Below, one piece after another: positions 32,396-46,416 of a DNA stretch of 64,000 nt. Within the stretch, counting starts at the first letter, position 1; each line of letters begins with the position of its first letter. Source of the stretch: Escherichia coli (GTDB lineage Bacteria > Pseudomonadota > Gammaproteobacteria > Enterobacterales > Enterobacteriaceae); assembly GCF_050920415.1 (NCBI RefSeq), contig NZ_CP169309.1, one strand, 5' to 3'. Made by a program: the position numbers and the translations under genes. Under the pieces are notes generated by a model, which did not search any database, was not told the origin of the DNA, and was given only the letters and a program-made list of their open reading frames with translations.

Positions 32396-33253
32396 TTAAC
32401 CCGCTATACTCGCACTCGTCGGCCCTGTTTCAATACTACCCACAATATCAATAATGTGACCCCAGAACATATCATCATCGTTATAATATAATGAATAATC
32501 TCCATTATAATCCATAGCCAACTCAACAAGATTTATTCTGCTAACAAACATATCTTCTGTAATTTCTTCATCTTCTTCATCTTGAAGCCAGTCATTGGCC
32601 AATTCAGTTAATTGTTCTGCAGCATATTGGCGGAACTCCTGATCTTTTTGTTGCATATGACTACATAAAAATCGCAGATTTTCAAAAGCCTGTTGCCAGG
32701 TATATCTATCATTCTTATCTACTTCCATAGATACAGAAATATTCTGATCATTCCATTTCACTTCCCCGCTAAAACAGGAGTAGTCTTTATTAAGCACGAA
32801 AGTCCCCAATTGCTGATCTTCAACAACAACTGGTTTGCGATATTCTTTCTGAATATTGAGCAGTTCCTCACACTGAACATGACTTTCAAGAACCTCAAGA
32901 ACATAAAACCGATTATAAAACTCGGCTAACTTTCCTTCCGGCACGGTCCTGTCAATCAAATCTCGTACTCTCAGGCGATATATACCACCAGACTGCATAT
33001 TAAACGGCCACGCACAGCCTTGAGTTTTCTCATTTTCTTCTGTTATCAACCAGTTGAGTCGTCCATCTCCAACGTGAATTTCTCCCGTAGTCAGACTCTT
33101 CCAGGCGAGTAAGTGTTCAACCGCTGTCCAGTAATTATCACCGTTACTCTTACCCGCGCCACCGCCAGTATCACTAAGAAGAACGATAATTTCTTCTTCT
33201 GTATCTTTAAATGTATGACTAAATTTTTTGTATTCTTCAGAATTTAAGTCCAT
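32396..33253 (-). CDS. Hypothetical acidic cytoplasmic protein (285 aa), no recognisable family; strain-variable islet gene
   Basis: ORF 32396..33253 (-); AT-rich coding sequence in an AT-rich 1.4-kb segment between ydcF and hrpA; no TM or signal peptide; Asp/Glu-rich C-terminal half; not recalled in K-12 at this site. Confidence 0.75.
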   Translation of the reverse strand: MDLNSEEYKKFSHTFKDTEEEIIVLLSDTGGGAGKSNGDNYWTAVEHLLAWKSLTTGEIHVGDGRLNWLITEENEKTQGCAWPFNMQSGGIYRLRVRDLIDRTVPEGKLAEFYNRFYVLEVLESHVQCEELLNIQKEYRKPVVVEDQQLGTFVLNKDYSCFSGEVKWNDQNISVSMEVDKNDRYTWQQAFENLRFLCSHMQQKDQEFRQYAAEQLTELANDWLQDEEDEEITEDMFVSRINLVELAMDYNGDYSLYYNDDDMFWGHIIDIVGSIETGPTSASIAG

Positions 33254-33402
33254 TTTTGCCCCGGTGAAAAATAAATTTGATCAATAACATTGAGTGCCGC
33301 AGTAAAGAATGTGTTATCGATAATTCAAAAATGACTGCGTACGCCACAAGCCTACTCCCCACGCGACGTAAGGAGTACCGCCCTTGCTATTTTTCAGAAT
33401 TC

Positions 33403-33440
33403 ATAAAGAAAAAACCCGGCGCTAAATGCTGACCGGGTTT
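33403..33440 (-). terminator. Rho-independent terminator of hrpA
   Basis: aacccgg...ccgggtt stem with T-run on the minus strand immediately downstream of the hrpA stop. Confidence 0.55.
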
Positions 33441-33465
33441 TAGATTTATCAGGTAAATAGCAGGA

Positions 33466-36400
33466 TTAACCGCTAATCTGCTCCATCGCCTGCAAAATAC
33501 GCTTATCCGAAATCGGATAAGGCGTACCAAGTTGTTGAGCGAAGTAGCTGACGCGCAGCTCTTCTATCATCCAGCGGATCTCTTTTACGTCTTCATCTTC
33601 ACGACGTGCTGGCGGCAGTTTGTTGATCCACTGCTGCCACGCCTGCTGGACATTTTCGACTTTCAGCATCTGGGCGCGGTCGCGATGTGGATCAACCGCC
33701 AGTTTTTCCAGACGTTTTTCAATCGCCTGTAAATAACGCAGCGTGTCGCCCAGCCGTTTAAAACCGTTGCCAGTGACAAAACCGCGATACACCAGCCCGC
33801 CCATCTGCGCTTTAATGTCAGAAAGCCCCAGCGCCATGGTCATATCCACCCGTCCTTTCAGGCGTTTGTTGATATTGAACACTGCCGTAAGGATTTGCTC
33901 GACCTGCTTCGCAATATCCACCACCGTGTCGTTCAGTTCAGCGCGGACTTTTTCATGAAGCGCGGCAAAGCCTTCTTCCGTCCAGACCGGGCCGCCCGCC
34001 TCATCAATCAACTTATCAACACCGCAGGAGATGCAGTCGTCAATGAGATCCAGCACTTTACCGTACGGGTTAAAGTAGAGACCCAGCTTCGCTTTGTTCG
34101 GCAGTTTCTCATGCAGATATTTAATTGGCGACGGAATGTTCAGCAACAGCAAGCGACGCAAACCACGCCACATAGCCTGCTGTTGTTCCTGCGGGTTATC
34201 AAAAAGCTTAATCGCTACGCTGTCACGCTCATCCACCAGCGCAGGCCAGGCCTTCACTTTGTAGTTGCCACGTTTCTGCTCGTAGTGATCCGGTAAATTA
34301 CCGAAGCTCCAGATATGTAACCCGCTTTGCTCAATACCATCATCGGCAACGGCGGAAAGCGTTTCCTGCACTTTGCCTTTCAGGGCGTCTTTCAGATCCT
34401 GTAATGAGCGCCCTTCTTTTAGCTTCTTATTTTTGTCGTCCACCACGCGGAAGGTGATTTTCAGGTGATCGGGCACCTGATCCCAGTGCCAGTCTTCGCG
34501 GTCAACGGTAACGCCGGTCATCCGCCGTAGCTCGCGCTCAAGGCTGTCGAGCAACGGCAGTTCCAACGGCGTGACGCGACCTAAAAACGCTTCGGCGTAG
34601 TTTGGCGCGGGTACAAAATTACGCCGTACCGGTTTCGGCAACGATTTGATTAGAGCAATCACCAGTTCACGGCGCAGGCCTGGGATCTGCCACTCAAACC
34701 CGCTTTCCTCAACCTGGTTAAGTAACGGCAGCGGAATATGCACGGTCACACCGTCAGCATCCGCCCCCGGCTCAAACTGATAGCTTAAACGCAGCTTGAG
34801 ATTGCCCTGATGCCAGAAGTTCGGGTAATCCAGCTTGCTGATTTTTTCCGCCCCTTCTTTGATCAACATGCTCTTTTCAAAGTTGAGCAAATCAGGTGTT
34901 TCGCGGCTGACTTTTTTCCACCAACTATCAAAGTGTCGTGAGGAGATCACATCGTGGCTGATGCGCTGGTCGTAAAATTCAAACAACGTTTCGTCATCCA
35001 CCAGAATATCGCGGCGACGTGATTTGTGTTCCAGTTCTTCCACTTCTGCCCGTAGTTTCAGGTTTTCACGGAAGAATGCGTGACGCGTCTGCCAGTCACC
35101 TTCCACCAGCGCGTGGCGAATAAAAAGTTCACGACACAGCGCAGGATCAATCTGGCTGTAGTTGACCTTACGCGCAGCAACAATCGGCAACCCGTAAACG
35201 GTGACTTTTTCAGTTGCCATCACCGCGCCCTGCGCCCGTTCCCAGTGCGGTTCGCTGTAGGAGCATTTAATCAAATGCTGGGCAACTGGCTCTACCCATT
35301 CCGGATCGATGCGTGCCGCAATGCGCCCCCACAGGCGGCTGGTTTCTACCAGTTCCGCCACCATTGCCCATTTCGGCGGCTTCTTGAATAAACCAGAACC
35401 GGGGAAGATGGAGAAACGCGCGTTACGTGCGCCGGTATATTCCTGTTTATCGGCATCTTTCATGCCGATATGCGAAAGCAAACCTGTCAGTAAGGCGATG
35501 TGAATTTCGCGATACTCCGCCGGTTCGCTGTTAACCGGAATGCCAAGTTCTTTCACCACCTGGCGCAACTGGGTGTAGATATCCTGCCATTCGCGCACGC
35601 GCAGATAGTTAAGGTAATCGGTACGGCACAGGCGACGGAAGGCGTTTGAAGAGAGCGCCTTTTGCTGCTCGCCGAGATAATTCCACAGATTTACAAACGC
35701 CAGGAAGTCGGATTCTTTATCGTGAAAGCGACGATGTTTTTCGTCCGATGCCTGCTGCTTGTCCATTGGCCGCTCACGCGGGTCCTGAATAGAGAGCGCG
35801 GAAGTGATAATCATCGCCTCACGCACGCAGCCATGTTTCTGCGCTTCCAGCACCATTCGCGCCAGACGAGGATCGACTGGCAGTTGCGAGAGCTGGCGAC
35901 CGAGCGGCGTCAGTTTATAGGCGCTGGCCTGTTCATCAGTGGTGATCGCGCCCAGCTCTTCGAGCAGACGCACGCCATCCTGGATATTGCGTTTATCCGG
36001 CGCTTCTACAAACGGGAACGCAGCGATATCGCCCAGCCCCAGCGCGGTCATCTGCAAAATAACCGAGGCCAGGTTGGTACGCAGAATCTCCGGATCGGTA
36101 AACTCCGGGCGCGAGAGGAAATCGTCTTCGGAATAAAGACGAATGCAGATCCCTTCTGACACACGACCACAGCGGCCTTTACGCTGATTAGCTGAAGCCT
36201 GCGAAATGGGCTCAATCGGCAGACGCTGCACTTTGGTGCGATAGCTGTAGCGGCTGATACGCGCCGTACCTGGGTCGATAACGTATTTAATCCCCGGCAC
36301 AGTCAGCGAGGTTTCCGCGACGTTAGTCGCCAGCACAATGCGCCGTCCGCTGTGCGACTGGAAGACGCGGTTCTGCTCGCTGTTCGAAAGCCGTGCATAA

Positions 36401-37368
36401 AGCGGAAGAATTTCCGTATGGCGTAAGTTCAGCTTGTTCAGCGCATCGGCGGTATCGCGAATTTCTCGCTCGCCGCTCATAAAAATCAGAATGTCGCCAG
36501 GGCTTTCCTGGCTCAGTTCATCTACGGCATCGAAAATCGCCTGCAACTGGTCGCGCTCGGTGTCATCAGCTTCTTCAACAATCGGGCGATAACGCACCTC
36601 CACCGGATAGGTACGACCGGAGACTTCGATAATCGGCGCATTATTAAAGTGGCGCGAAAAGCGTTCCGGGTCGATAGTCGCGGAAGTGATAATGATTTTT
36701 AGGTCAGGACGCCGCGGCAGTAACTCTTTCAAATAACCGAGGAGAAAATCGATATTCAGGCTACGTTCGTGCGCTTCGTCAATAATGATAGTGTCGTACT
36801 GCATCAGCAGGCGGTCTTGCTGGATCTCTGCCAGCAGGATACCGTCGGTCATCAGCTTGACCATCGTGTTATCACTGACGTGATCGCTGAAACGCACTTT
36901 ATACCCGATGCAACCGCCCGGCTCCGTTTGCAGCTCTTCCGCAATACGGTTCGCCACCGTTCGTGCCGCCAGACGACGCGGCTGGGTATGGCCGATCAGC
37001 CCTTTAATCCCGCGGCCCAGTTCCATACAGATTTTCGGTAACTGAGTCGTTTTACCGGAACCCGTTTCCCCGGCGACGATCACCACCTGGTGATCACGGA
37101 TTGCTTCGAGAATGTCCTGCTTTTTCTGACTAACCGGCAAATTGTCCGGATAAGTGATTTCCGGTCGTGCTGCTTCACGCAGCAGGACTTTCCCTGCCGC
37201 CTGGTCAATCTCTTTCGCCATCTCCTGGAAAATGGCCTGTTGTGCATCAGGATTTTTAACCTTCTTCACGCCGTGCAGACGGCGGGAAAAACGCAGTCTG
37301 TCACGCAGCATCAGCGAATCCAACCGTTGCTGCAAGGCCGTAAAGGTCAATTTTTGTTGTTCTGTCAT
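33466..37368 (-). CDS. hrpA: ATP-dependent DEAH-box RNA helicase HrpA
   Basis: ORF 33466..37368 (-), 1300 aa; Walker A GETGSGKTTQLP, DEAH box IIDEAHERS. Confidence 0.95.
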   Translation of the reverse strand: MTEQQKLTFTALQQRLDSLMLRDRLRFSRRLHGVKKVKNPDAQQAIFQEMAKEIDQAAGKVLLREAARPEITYPDNLPVSQKKQDILEAIRDHQVVIVAGETGSGKTTQLPKICMELGRGIKGLIGHTQPRRLAARTVANRIAEELQTEPGGCIGYKVRFSDHVSDNTMVKLMTDGILLAEIQQDRLLMQYDTIIIDEAHERSLNIDFLLGYLKELLPRRPDLKIIITSATIDPERFSRHFNNAPIIEVSGRTYPVEVRYRPIVEEADDTERDQLQAIFDAVDELSQESPGDILIFMSGEREIRDTADALNKLNLRHTEILPLYARLSNSEQNRVFQSHSGRRIVLATNVAETSLTVPGIKYVIDPGTARISRYSYRTKVQRLPIEPISQASANQRKGRCGRVSEGICIRLYSEDDFLSRPEFTDPEILRTNLASVILQMTALGLGDIAAFPFVEAPDKRNIQDGVRLLEELGAITTDEQASAYKLTPLGRQLSQLPVDPRLARMVLEAQKHGCVREAMIITSALSIQDPRERPMDKQQASDEKHRRFHDKESDFLAFVNLWNYLGEQQKALSSNAFRRLCRTDYLNYLRVREWQDIYTQLRQVVKELGIPVNSEPAEYREIHIALLTGLLSHIGMKDADKQEYTGARNARFSIFPGSGLFKKPPKWAMVAELVETSRLWGRIAARIDPEWVEPVAQHLIKCSYSEPHWERAQGAVMATEKVTVYGLPIVAARKVNYSQIDPALCRELFIRHALVEGDWQTRHAFFRENLKLRAEVEELEHKSRRRDILVDDETLFEFYDQRISHDVISSRHFDSWWKKVSRETPDLLNFEKSMLIKEGAEKISKLDYPNFWHQGNLKLRLSYQFEPGADADGVTVHIPLPLLNQVEESGFEWQIPGLRRELVIALIKSLPKPVRRNFVPAPNYAEAFLGRVTPLELPLLDSLERELRRMTGVTVDREDWHWDQVPDHLKITFRVVDDKNKKLKEGRSLQDLKDALKGKVQETLSAVADDGIEQSGLHIWSFGNLPDHYEQKRGNYKVKAWPALVDERDSVAIKLFDNPQEQQQAMWRGLRRLLLLNIPSPIKYLHEKLPNKAKLGLYFNPYGKVLDLIDDCISCGVDKLIDEAGGPVWTEEGFAALHEKVRAELNDTVVDIAKQVEQILTAVFNINKRLKGRVDMTMALGLSDIKAQMGGLVYRGFVTGNGFKRLGDTLRYLQAIEKRLEKLAVDPHRDRAQMLKVENVQQAWQQWINKLPPARREDEDVKEIRWMIEELRVSYFAQQLGTPYPISDKRILQAMEQISG

Positions 37369-37559
37369 AACGTTAGTGGGCAGTTGGCTGCCTGATTAAT
37401 TTTCTTTTAAATGATAGATATAGAGTACCACATCGCGGCTTTCTATGCGTTGTTCAATAAATTCGAACATAGGCTTCGATTTATTGCGCTATCTCTGTGG
37501 CAGGATTGTGAATAAAGTGTCAACAAGCAACGGGGCATCGCCCATTCAAACATCTATAA

Positions 37560-38174
<615 letters not shown>

Positions 38175-38227
38175 CCGGACACTATTTTGATGTGGACTGT
38201 AGATATTCAGTCCACATCTCAATCCAC

Positions 38228-41291
<3,064 letters not shown>

Positions 41292-41306
41292 TTTCTCTAT
41301 TTTCCT

Positions 41307-42203
41307 TCAGTAACAGCAGTAGCGAATAAAATAAAAAAATACCGGAGCGGTGAAAATTAATGAGTCAATCCTGTCAAGGAGTCCGCCATGTCCTGGTAAT
41401 AGTTTTCCACTATCTTTAACACCAATATCTCGTTTGATGGCTGACATCACTACATCGCCGCAAAAACCACTAATACCAATTAACAAACCCGCTAATAATG
41501 CCTGTAATGTATCTAGCGGTGTCAGCAACGGTCCAATAATCAGTGACGCAATCATGGTGGTGATTACGCCGCCCATCAGACCTTCCAATGTTTTTCCCGG
41601 GCTGACTTTAGGGACCACTTTTCTTCTGCCGCAGGATTTTCCCCATAAATACTGTGCAATATCGTTTGACTCGGTTAATGCCAAAAGAAATAACACCAGT
41701 AACGCCCCGCCCTGGATATTTGTGGTTGGCAACATTAATAACCAGGCGGCATGACTCAAGGCGAAAACGGTCATTATCCAGCCACAAAAAATGGCGCTCA
41801 CGGTATGCAGAAAACCAGAGGGGTCACCCACTAAAACTCGCCAGGTGGCTAATATCAGAAACCCAGCCAAAGGTATAAATAACAGAAACAGCTCAAAGCA
41901 ATTAAAACCGATAAGCAAATAGTTAAGAGGAATACCCCAATATAACCAACGCGGAAAATGTACAGATATAAGCGTACAATATTCTTTCAATGCCAGAAAA
42001 CTTATCAGCGCAAAAAACGTCAACGTCATCCAGCGTGGACCTGAAATCACCATTGAAAAACAAATGACGATGCCCCACCAGGTACGAATACGTAATGTAA
42101 CCTCACCCCCTTTTCTCTCCGGTAACCGCCATATCAGAAAACGGTTTATCAGCGTTGCTAAAATTAACAACGCGAAAAGTGTTGCCAGAGATTTTTCCAG
42201 CAT
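41307..42203 (-). CDS. ynbB: CdsA-like phosphatidate cytidylyltransferase-family membrane protein YnbB
   Basis: ORF 41307..42203 (-), 298 aa, polytopic; CTP-transferase family C-terminal region. Confidence 0.9.
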   Translation of the reverse strand: MLEKSLATLFALLILATLINRFLIWRLPERKGGEVTLRIRTWWGIVICFSMVISGPRWMTLTFFALISFLALKEYCTLISVHFPRWLYWGIPLNYLLIGFNCFELFLLFIPLAGFLILATWRVLVGDPSGFLHTVSAIFCGWIMTVFALSHAAWLLMLPTTNIQGGALLVLFLLALTESNDIAQYLWGKSCGRRKVVPKVSPGKTLEGLMGGVITTMIASLIIGPLLTPLDTLQALLAGLLIGISGFCGDVVMSAIKRDIGVKDSGKLLPGHGGLLDRIDSLIFTAPVFFYFIRYCCY

Positions 42204-42808
42204 TATCTTTCAGCACTCATAAAAAGCACACTCCGACAACGATTAATCGCAGTCCAGATAAGCAGAATTGAAGCAATACTCCATAATAAATTATTCCATT
42301 GCATCCACTGGGGATAAATGGCAATGGCCAGCCCCCACAAACCAAATATTAACGCACGATCGCTTTTGCCAAATGGACCGGCATAACTGCGAATACCGTT
42401 AATCGTCTGCGCGAGTAAACCGCAAAACTCAGTCAATATGGTGCAAAATAACATGAGTATTACGAGTGATGCGTTACTTTCCGGTAAAAATAAAAACGGT
42501 AAATAAAGCGCAATATCGGAAATAACATCGCCAGTTTCGTTCAAAATCGCCCCAAGACGTGTTTGCTGATTACACTCACGCGCCATCATGCCATCCAGCG
42601 CATTGAGTGCCATACGGACAAAAAGCACGATGGGCAATAGCAAAAAAAGGATGGGGCGTGCCACCAACATCAACAGCAATCCGGTAAGAAGAGAAAGCGC
42701 CAGTGCAGCAAGAGTGATGTGATTCGCTGTAACATGGTGCTTATAAAGCCAAAACATCGTCGGCCTTAACAGCGACTGAAAGAGCGGTTTTATCTGGTAG
42801 AGCGTCAT
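42203..42808 (-). CDS. ynbA: CDP-alcohol phosphatidyltransferase-family membrane protein YnbA
   Basis: ORF 42203..42814 (-); start taken at MTLYQIKPLF...; family assigned by recollection of YnbA, not from a motif check; 1-nt overlap with ynbB. Confidence 0.9.
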   Translation of the reverse strand: MTLYQIKPLFQSLLRPTMFWLYKHHVTANHITLAALALSLLTGLLLMLVARPILFLLLPIVLFVRMALNALDGMMARECNQQTRLGAILNETGDVISDIALYLPFLFLPESNASLVILMLFCTILTEFCGLLAQTINGIRSYAGPFGKSDRALIFGLWGLAIAIYPQWMQWNNLLWSIASILLIWTAINRCRSVLFMSAER

Positions 42809-42978
42809 TATCAATCCTTGATAATTCGGTTTGCGCTATGGTGCATCAATTCCCCTTACGGAGATATCGCAACACGCCGCTTCATTAAAAATTCAGAATA
42901 TATCAAGGTATTGGGGACTCACTGCCAGGAATGATTATCCCCAATTAATCAAATGGTTAAGAAACATTACGTTGTGGA

Positions 42979-45285
42979 TCAATACAACTCATCAAGTTTT
43001 CTCATCGCTTGTTCCCGTATTGCGCGCGTCTTACCGTTAAGCGCCAGCTGGCGAACTAAATCCAGTTCAGGGTTAACAAGCTCTAACGCCAGCAAAGGAT
43101 CACGTTTCAGCCTCGCCTTTAATACATCAACTGGAAAACGGGGATTATTCATCGCCACAATCCACCACTCGGGATCAATTTCTGCCGCCAGTGCCGCAGG
43201 GGGGGTGTGGCGGTTGCTAAGTGCGCCGAACTTGAAAAATGTGAGATTGCTTTTCGCCAGTGTACTCCACCATATACGATCCGGTTGTTTTGCCAGTACA
43301 TCCAGTTGTGCTAACGCATCGGGGTCGAGTGCATAATAAACACGTAACGCTTCGTTAACCTGCGCACGGGAGCTGTTTTCCTGCCTCAGAAAAAACTTCG
43401 CCCAAATATCATTGCGTGGCGTGTTTTTCTGTAATTCTTTGAGAACAACAGCGGGTAAATTATCCCAACTAATTAATGCACTCTCTAAAAAGTCCCAGTC
43501 GTCCGAACGTATCAGAGAGGTGGCATTTAATAGCATCTGGTCATCAACTTCACCGTAGCTGATAAGCTCAGACAAAATCATATCAGCGCTGGTTTCATAT
43601 GCATCTGAATCTGCTTTGGGATTATTTTTCCGATGCGATAAAGCACGTTGCCAAATTTTTTGTTTCATCGACGTGCTCAGATACTGATTTTTCGCCAGAT
43701 TACTCCACCCCTCAGGATCGTTGAAACGTGTCAATAATCGTTGTAGAGCAGCGTCAGAGTGAATTACCTGCATATCCCGACAGCAAAAGTAGGCAGGGGA
43801 TTTTTTCTCCATCCTTTTAACAAAATTAAACTGTAAGTTATCTGGCAATGCTAAAAATAACACACGTATTAGATCATCGTCATTCTCGAATTTTTGGTAT
43901 AAATATACTGCAACTTTGTCACTCTCTTGTGGCGTCATCCGCAACAATTGACCATGGTGTTTCATCTCTGCCAGCTTTGACGCTAAGCTTGTGACAACAT
44001 CGTTTGATGAATCGTTCGCCAACTGCATTGCCTGATTGTAGGTGAGTTGTCCTCCAGCACCGACCTGACGAATAGAGGGATCATCACTGCGGATATAGCC
44101 ATCAATAATGGATTCGGGCAATAACCACGCATCTTTATAAAGCTCCTGAATGATCATATCCCAATCTCTTTTCGCCAGAGTCATGACGATATCCAGAGGG
44201 AGATTTTCACGTAGCGCAAGATTCAACGGACCGACACCATCAGGTAGATGACTCATTCGCGTCATTATTTCGACAGAGAGCGGTTCACGGTCGAGCAACC
44301 CCAGAACAACAGGCTGGTAACCCAATTGCTGATCGGTCAACTCCAGAATCTCATTGTCAGGCATATATCTCGCCATACTTGCAATCGTTTGTCCATCATT
44401 GCTATTAATAAGTTGTTTGCGTAGGTTAGCTGAAATTCCTTTAATCCTTGGGAGAGTTCGCATTATGGCAAGATCAAATGTCGCAATATCTCGTCCTTCA
44501 AATGCAGCAACGTTGCCTTCATCCAGCATTTGCAATTCCTGCACTAACTCAGGAGAAGGCTTAGGGCGAAACAGCGCTTCTTTTTTCATCAGATTACAGA
44601 TATTCCCTGCCATGCGAATATTGCTTCGCTTAAAAATTTCTTTCAGAGCATCTTCATCATTTATTAGACCCCAATAATATGCATCAGGATTTATTATCAT
44701 CAGCGCTTTTTTGACATTTTCAGTGTCATTTTTATCACTCGCACGGACCATGAATTCACTATTTGTCGAAGACGCAACAACAGGTGCAATTATGTCATTG
44801 ATAAATATCCCACGCGCATTAATACTCCCCTTAATCGTAGACGGATTATCGTAATATGAATCGATAAATACCAGTCCACTTGCATTTATCGAACCGGTAA
44901 TTAACAGTGGTGAATCTGTAACTATATTCGTTGCCGTCACGTTACCGAGAATAACCCATGGATTAGAAAGAGAGAAAGTGGAAATATTACCTTTGACTGT
45001 CAAATTGCCAAGAACAATCAATTTTTGATTACTCTCTATATTACCTTCTACCACTAAATCGCCACGATGCACTTTCCAGTCCGATGCAGATAAACCGAAG
45101 GGGACAAGATTCACGCTACTGTTGATAGCTTGTTCAACTTGCTGTTTATCTTCAGCGGTAGCCGCAGATAAAAATGGATTAATATCAACTGCATTTGCAA
45201 CACATCGAAGTTCCGCCTGTACTGGAAGACTCAGGATAAACAGGGGAAGTAAACGTATCCAGCCGCAAATCCTGGCCTTAAACAT
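42979..45285 (-). CDS. ydbD: Large uncharacterised secreted protein YdbD (about 768 aa)
   Basis: ORF 42979..45291 (-); signal peptide ...LLPLFILSLPVQAEL; start at first or second Met. Confidence 0.85.
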   Translation of the reverse strand: MFKARICGWIRLLPLFILSLPVQAELRCVANAVDINPFLSAATAEDKQQVEQAINSSVNLVPFGLSASDWKVHRGDLVVEGNIESNQKLIVLGNLTVKGNISTFSLSNPWVILGNVTATNIVTDSPLLITGSINASGLVFIDSYYDNPSTIKGSINARGIFINDIIAPVVASSTNSEFMVRASDKNDTENVKKALMIINPDAYYWGLINDEDALKEIFKRSNIRMAGNICNLMKKEALFRPKPSPELVQELQMLDEGNVAAFEGRDIATFDLAIMRTLPRIKGISANLRKQLINSNDGQTIASMARYMPDNEILELTDQQLGYQPVVLGLLDREPLSVEIMTRMSHLPDGVGPLNLALRENLPLDIVMTLAKRDWDMIIQELYKDAWLLPESIIDGYIRSDDPSIRQVGAGGQLTYNQAMQLANDSSNDVVTSLASKLAEMKHHGQLLRMTPQESDKVAVYLYQKFENDDDLIRVLFLALPDNLQFNFVKRMEKKSPAYFCCRDMQVIHSDAALQRLLTRFNDPEGWSNLAKNQYLSTSMKQKIWQRALSHRKNNPKADSDAYETSADMILSELISYGEVDDQMLLNATSLIRSDDWDFLESALISWDNLPAVVLKELQKNTPRNDIWAKFFLRQENSSRAQVNEALRVYYALDPDALAQLDVLAKQPDRIWWSTLAKSNLTFFKFGALSNRHTPPAALAAEIDPEWWIVAMNNPRFPVDVLKARLKRDPLLALELVNPELDLVRQLALNGKTRAIREQAMRKLDELY

Positions 45286-45348
45286 ATGCACTCCATGCCA
45301 TTAAAAAAGAAACAAAAGGGAAATGCATCTTTCCCTTTTGTATATTCG

Positions 45349-46209
45349 TTATTCTCGCGAAATACCATCCAACGTAGACAACACGTCCGCAGAAAGATGC
45401 AATTTTTCTGCGGCCATATTCTCCCGTAAATGAGCAACAGAAGACGTTCCTGGGATCAGCAAAATATTCGGTGAACGCTGTAAAAGCCACGCCAGCGCCA
45501 CCTGCATTGGTGTCGCATTAAGGCTCGTAGCAACATCGGAAAGCGTGGAGGATTGCAGTGGCGTAAAGCCCCCCAGCGGGAAGAACGGCACGTAGGCAAT
45601 GCCATCATGAGCCAAAGCATCAATCATTGCGTCATCAGCACGATGAGCAATGTTGTATTCATTCTGCACACAGACGATTTCGGTAATCTTACGCGCCTCT
45701 GCAACCTGCGTCGGTGTTACATTGCTCAGGCCAATATGTTTTACCAGGCCTTGTTGTTGCATCTCTGCCAGCACGGTCAGGCTGGCTTCAATCGATCCTT
45801 CTGCTGGGCCATGACCATCCCCCATCATAACGCGCAGGTTAACCACATCCAGTACGTCCAGTCCGAGATTACGTAGATTATCGTGTACCGCTTTTTGCAA
45901 CTCTGCCGGAGAAAATGCGGGCAACCAGGAGGCGTCCTCTCCACGCCGCGCCCCAATTTTAGTAACAATGGTCAGGTCGTCAGAGTAAGGATAAAGCGCT
46001 TCGCGGATAATCTGATTGGTGACGTGCGGACCATAAAAGTCACTGGTATCAATGTGATTGACGCCCAATGCTAGCGCCTCGCGCAGAACGGTTATAGCGA
46101 CGTGGCGATCTCTGGGCGGGCCGAAAACCCCAGGACCTGCCAGTTGCATCGCGCCATAACCAAGACGGTTAACGGATTTTGTACCGAGAGTAAATGTGTT
46201 GCTGCTCAT
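45349..46209 (-). CDS. ydbC: Aldo-keto reductase YdbC
   Basis: ORF 45349..46209 (-), 286 aa; AKR family (...LGYGAMQLAG...). Confidence 0.9.
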   Translation of the reverse strand: MSSNTFTLGTKSVNRLGYGAMQLAGPGVFGPPRDRHVAITVLREALALGVNHIDTSDFYGPHVTNQIIREALYPYSDDLTIVTKIGARRGEDASWLPAFSPAELQKAVHDNLRNLGLDVLDVVNLRVMMGDGHGPAEGSIEASLTVLAEMQQQGLVKHIGLSNVTPTQVAEARKITEIVCVQNEYNIAHRADDAMIDALAHDGIAYVPFFPLGGFTPLQSSTLSDVATSLNATPMQVALAWLLQRSPNILLIPGTSSVAHLRENMAAEKLHLSADVLSTLDGISRE

Positions 46210-46362
46210 CGCACCCTGCCCTGTAATAAAACGAATTCAGAAAAATCAGTATAGAAATGAAAAGAGATAAATAATGCGAAGGCGTAAACAAGATTACTGG
46301 ATGAGTTGCTCTATTGTCCTGAAAAACACCAAAACAAAACGCGTCAAGCGCCGCATCCGGCA

Positions 46363-46394
46363 ATAAAAAACCGCAACCTGTATCAGCGTTGCGG
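46363..46394 (-). terminator. Rho-independent terminator of ydbA
   Basis: ccgcaac...gttgcgg hairpin followed by T-run on the minus strand. Confidence 0.55.
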
Positions 46395-46416
46395 TTTATG
46401 CATCACATACTAAAAA

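Noticed and set aside
46340-46370. Partial REP-like sequence (gcgccgcatccggcaa) downstream of ydbA
   Set aside because: Only a half-site match; better explained as part of the ydbA terminator region.
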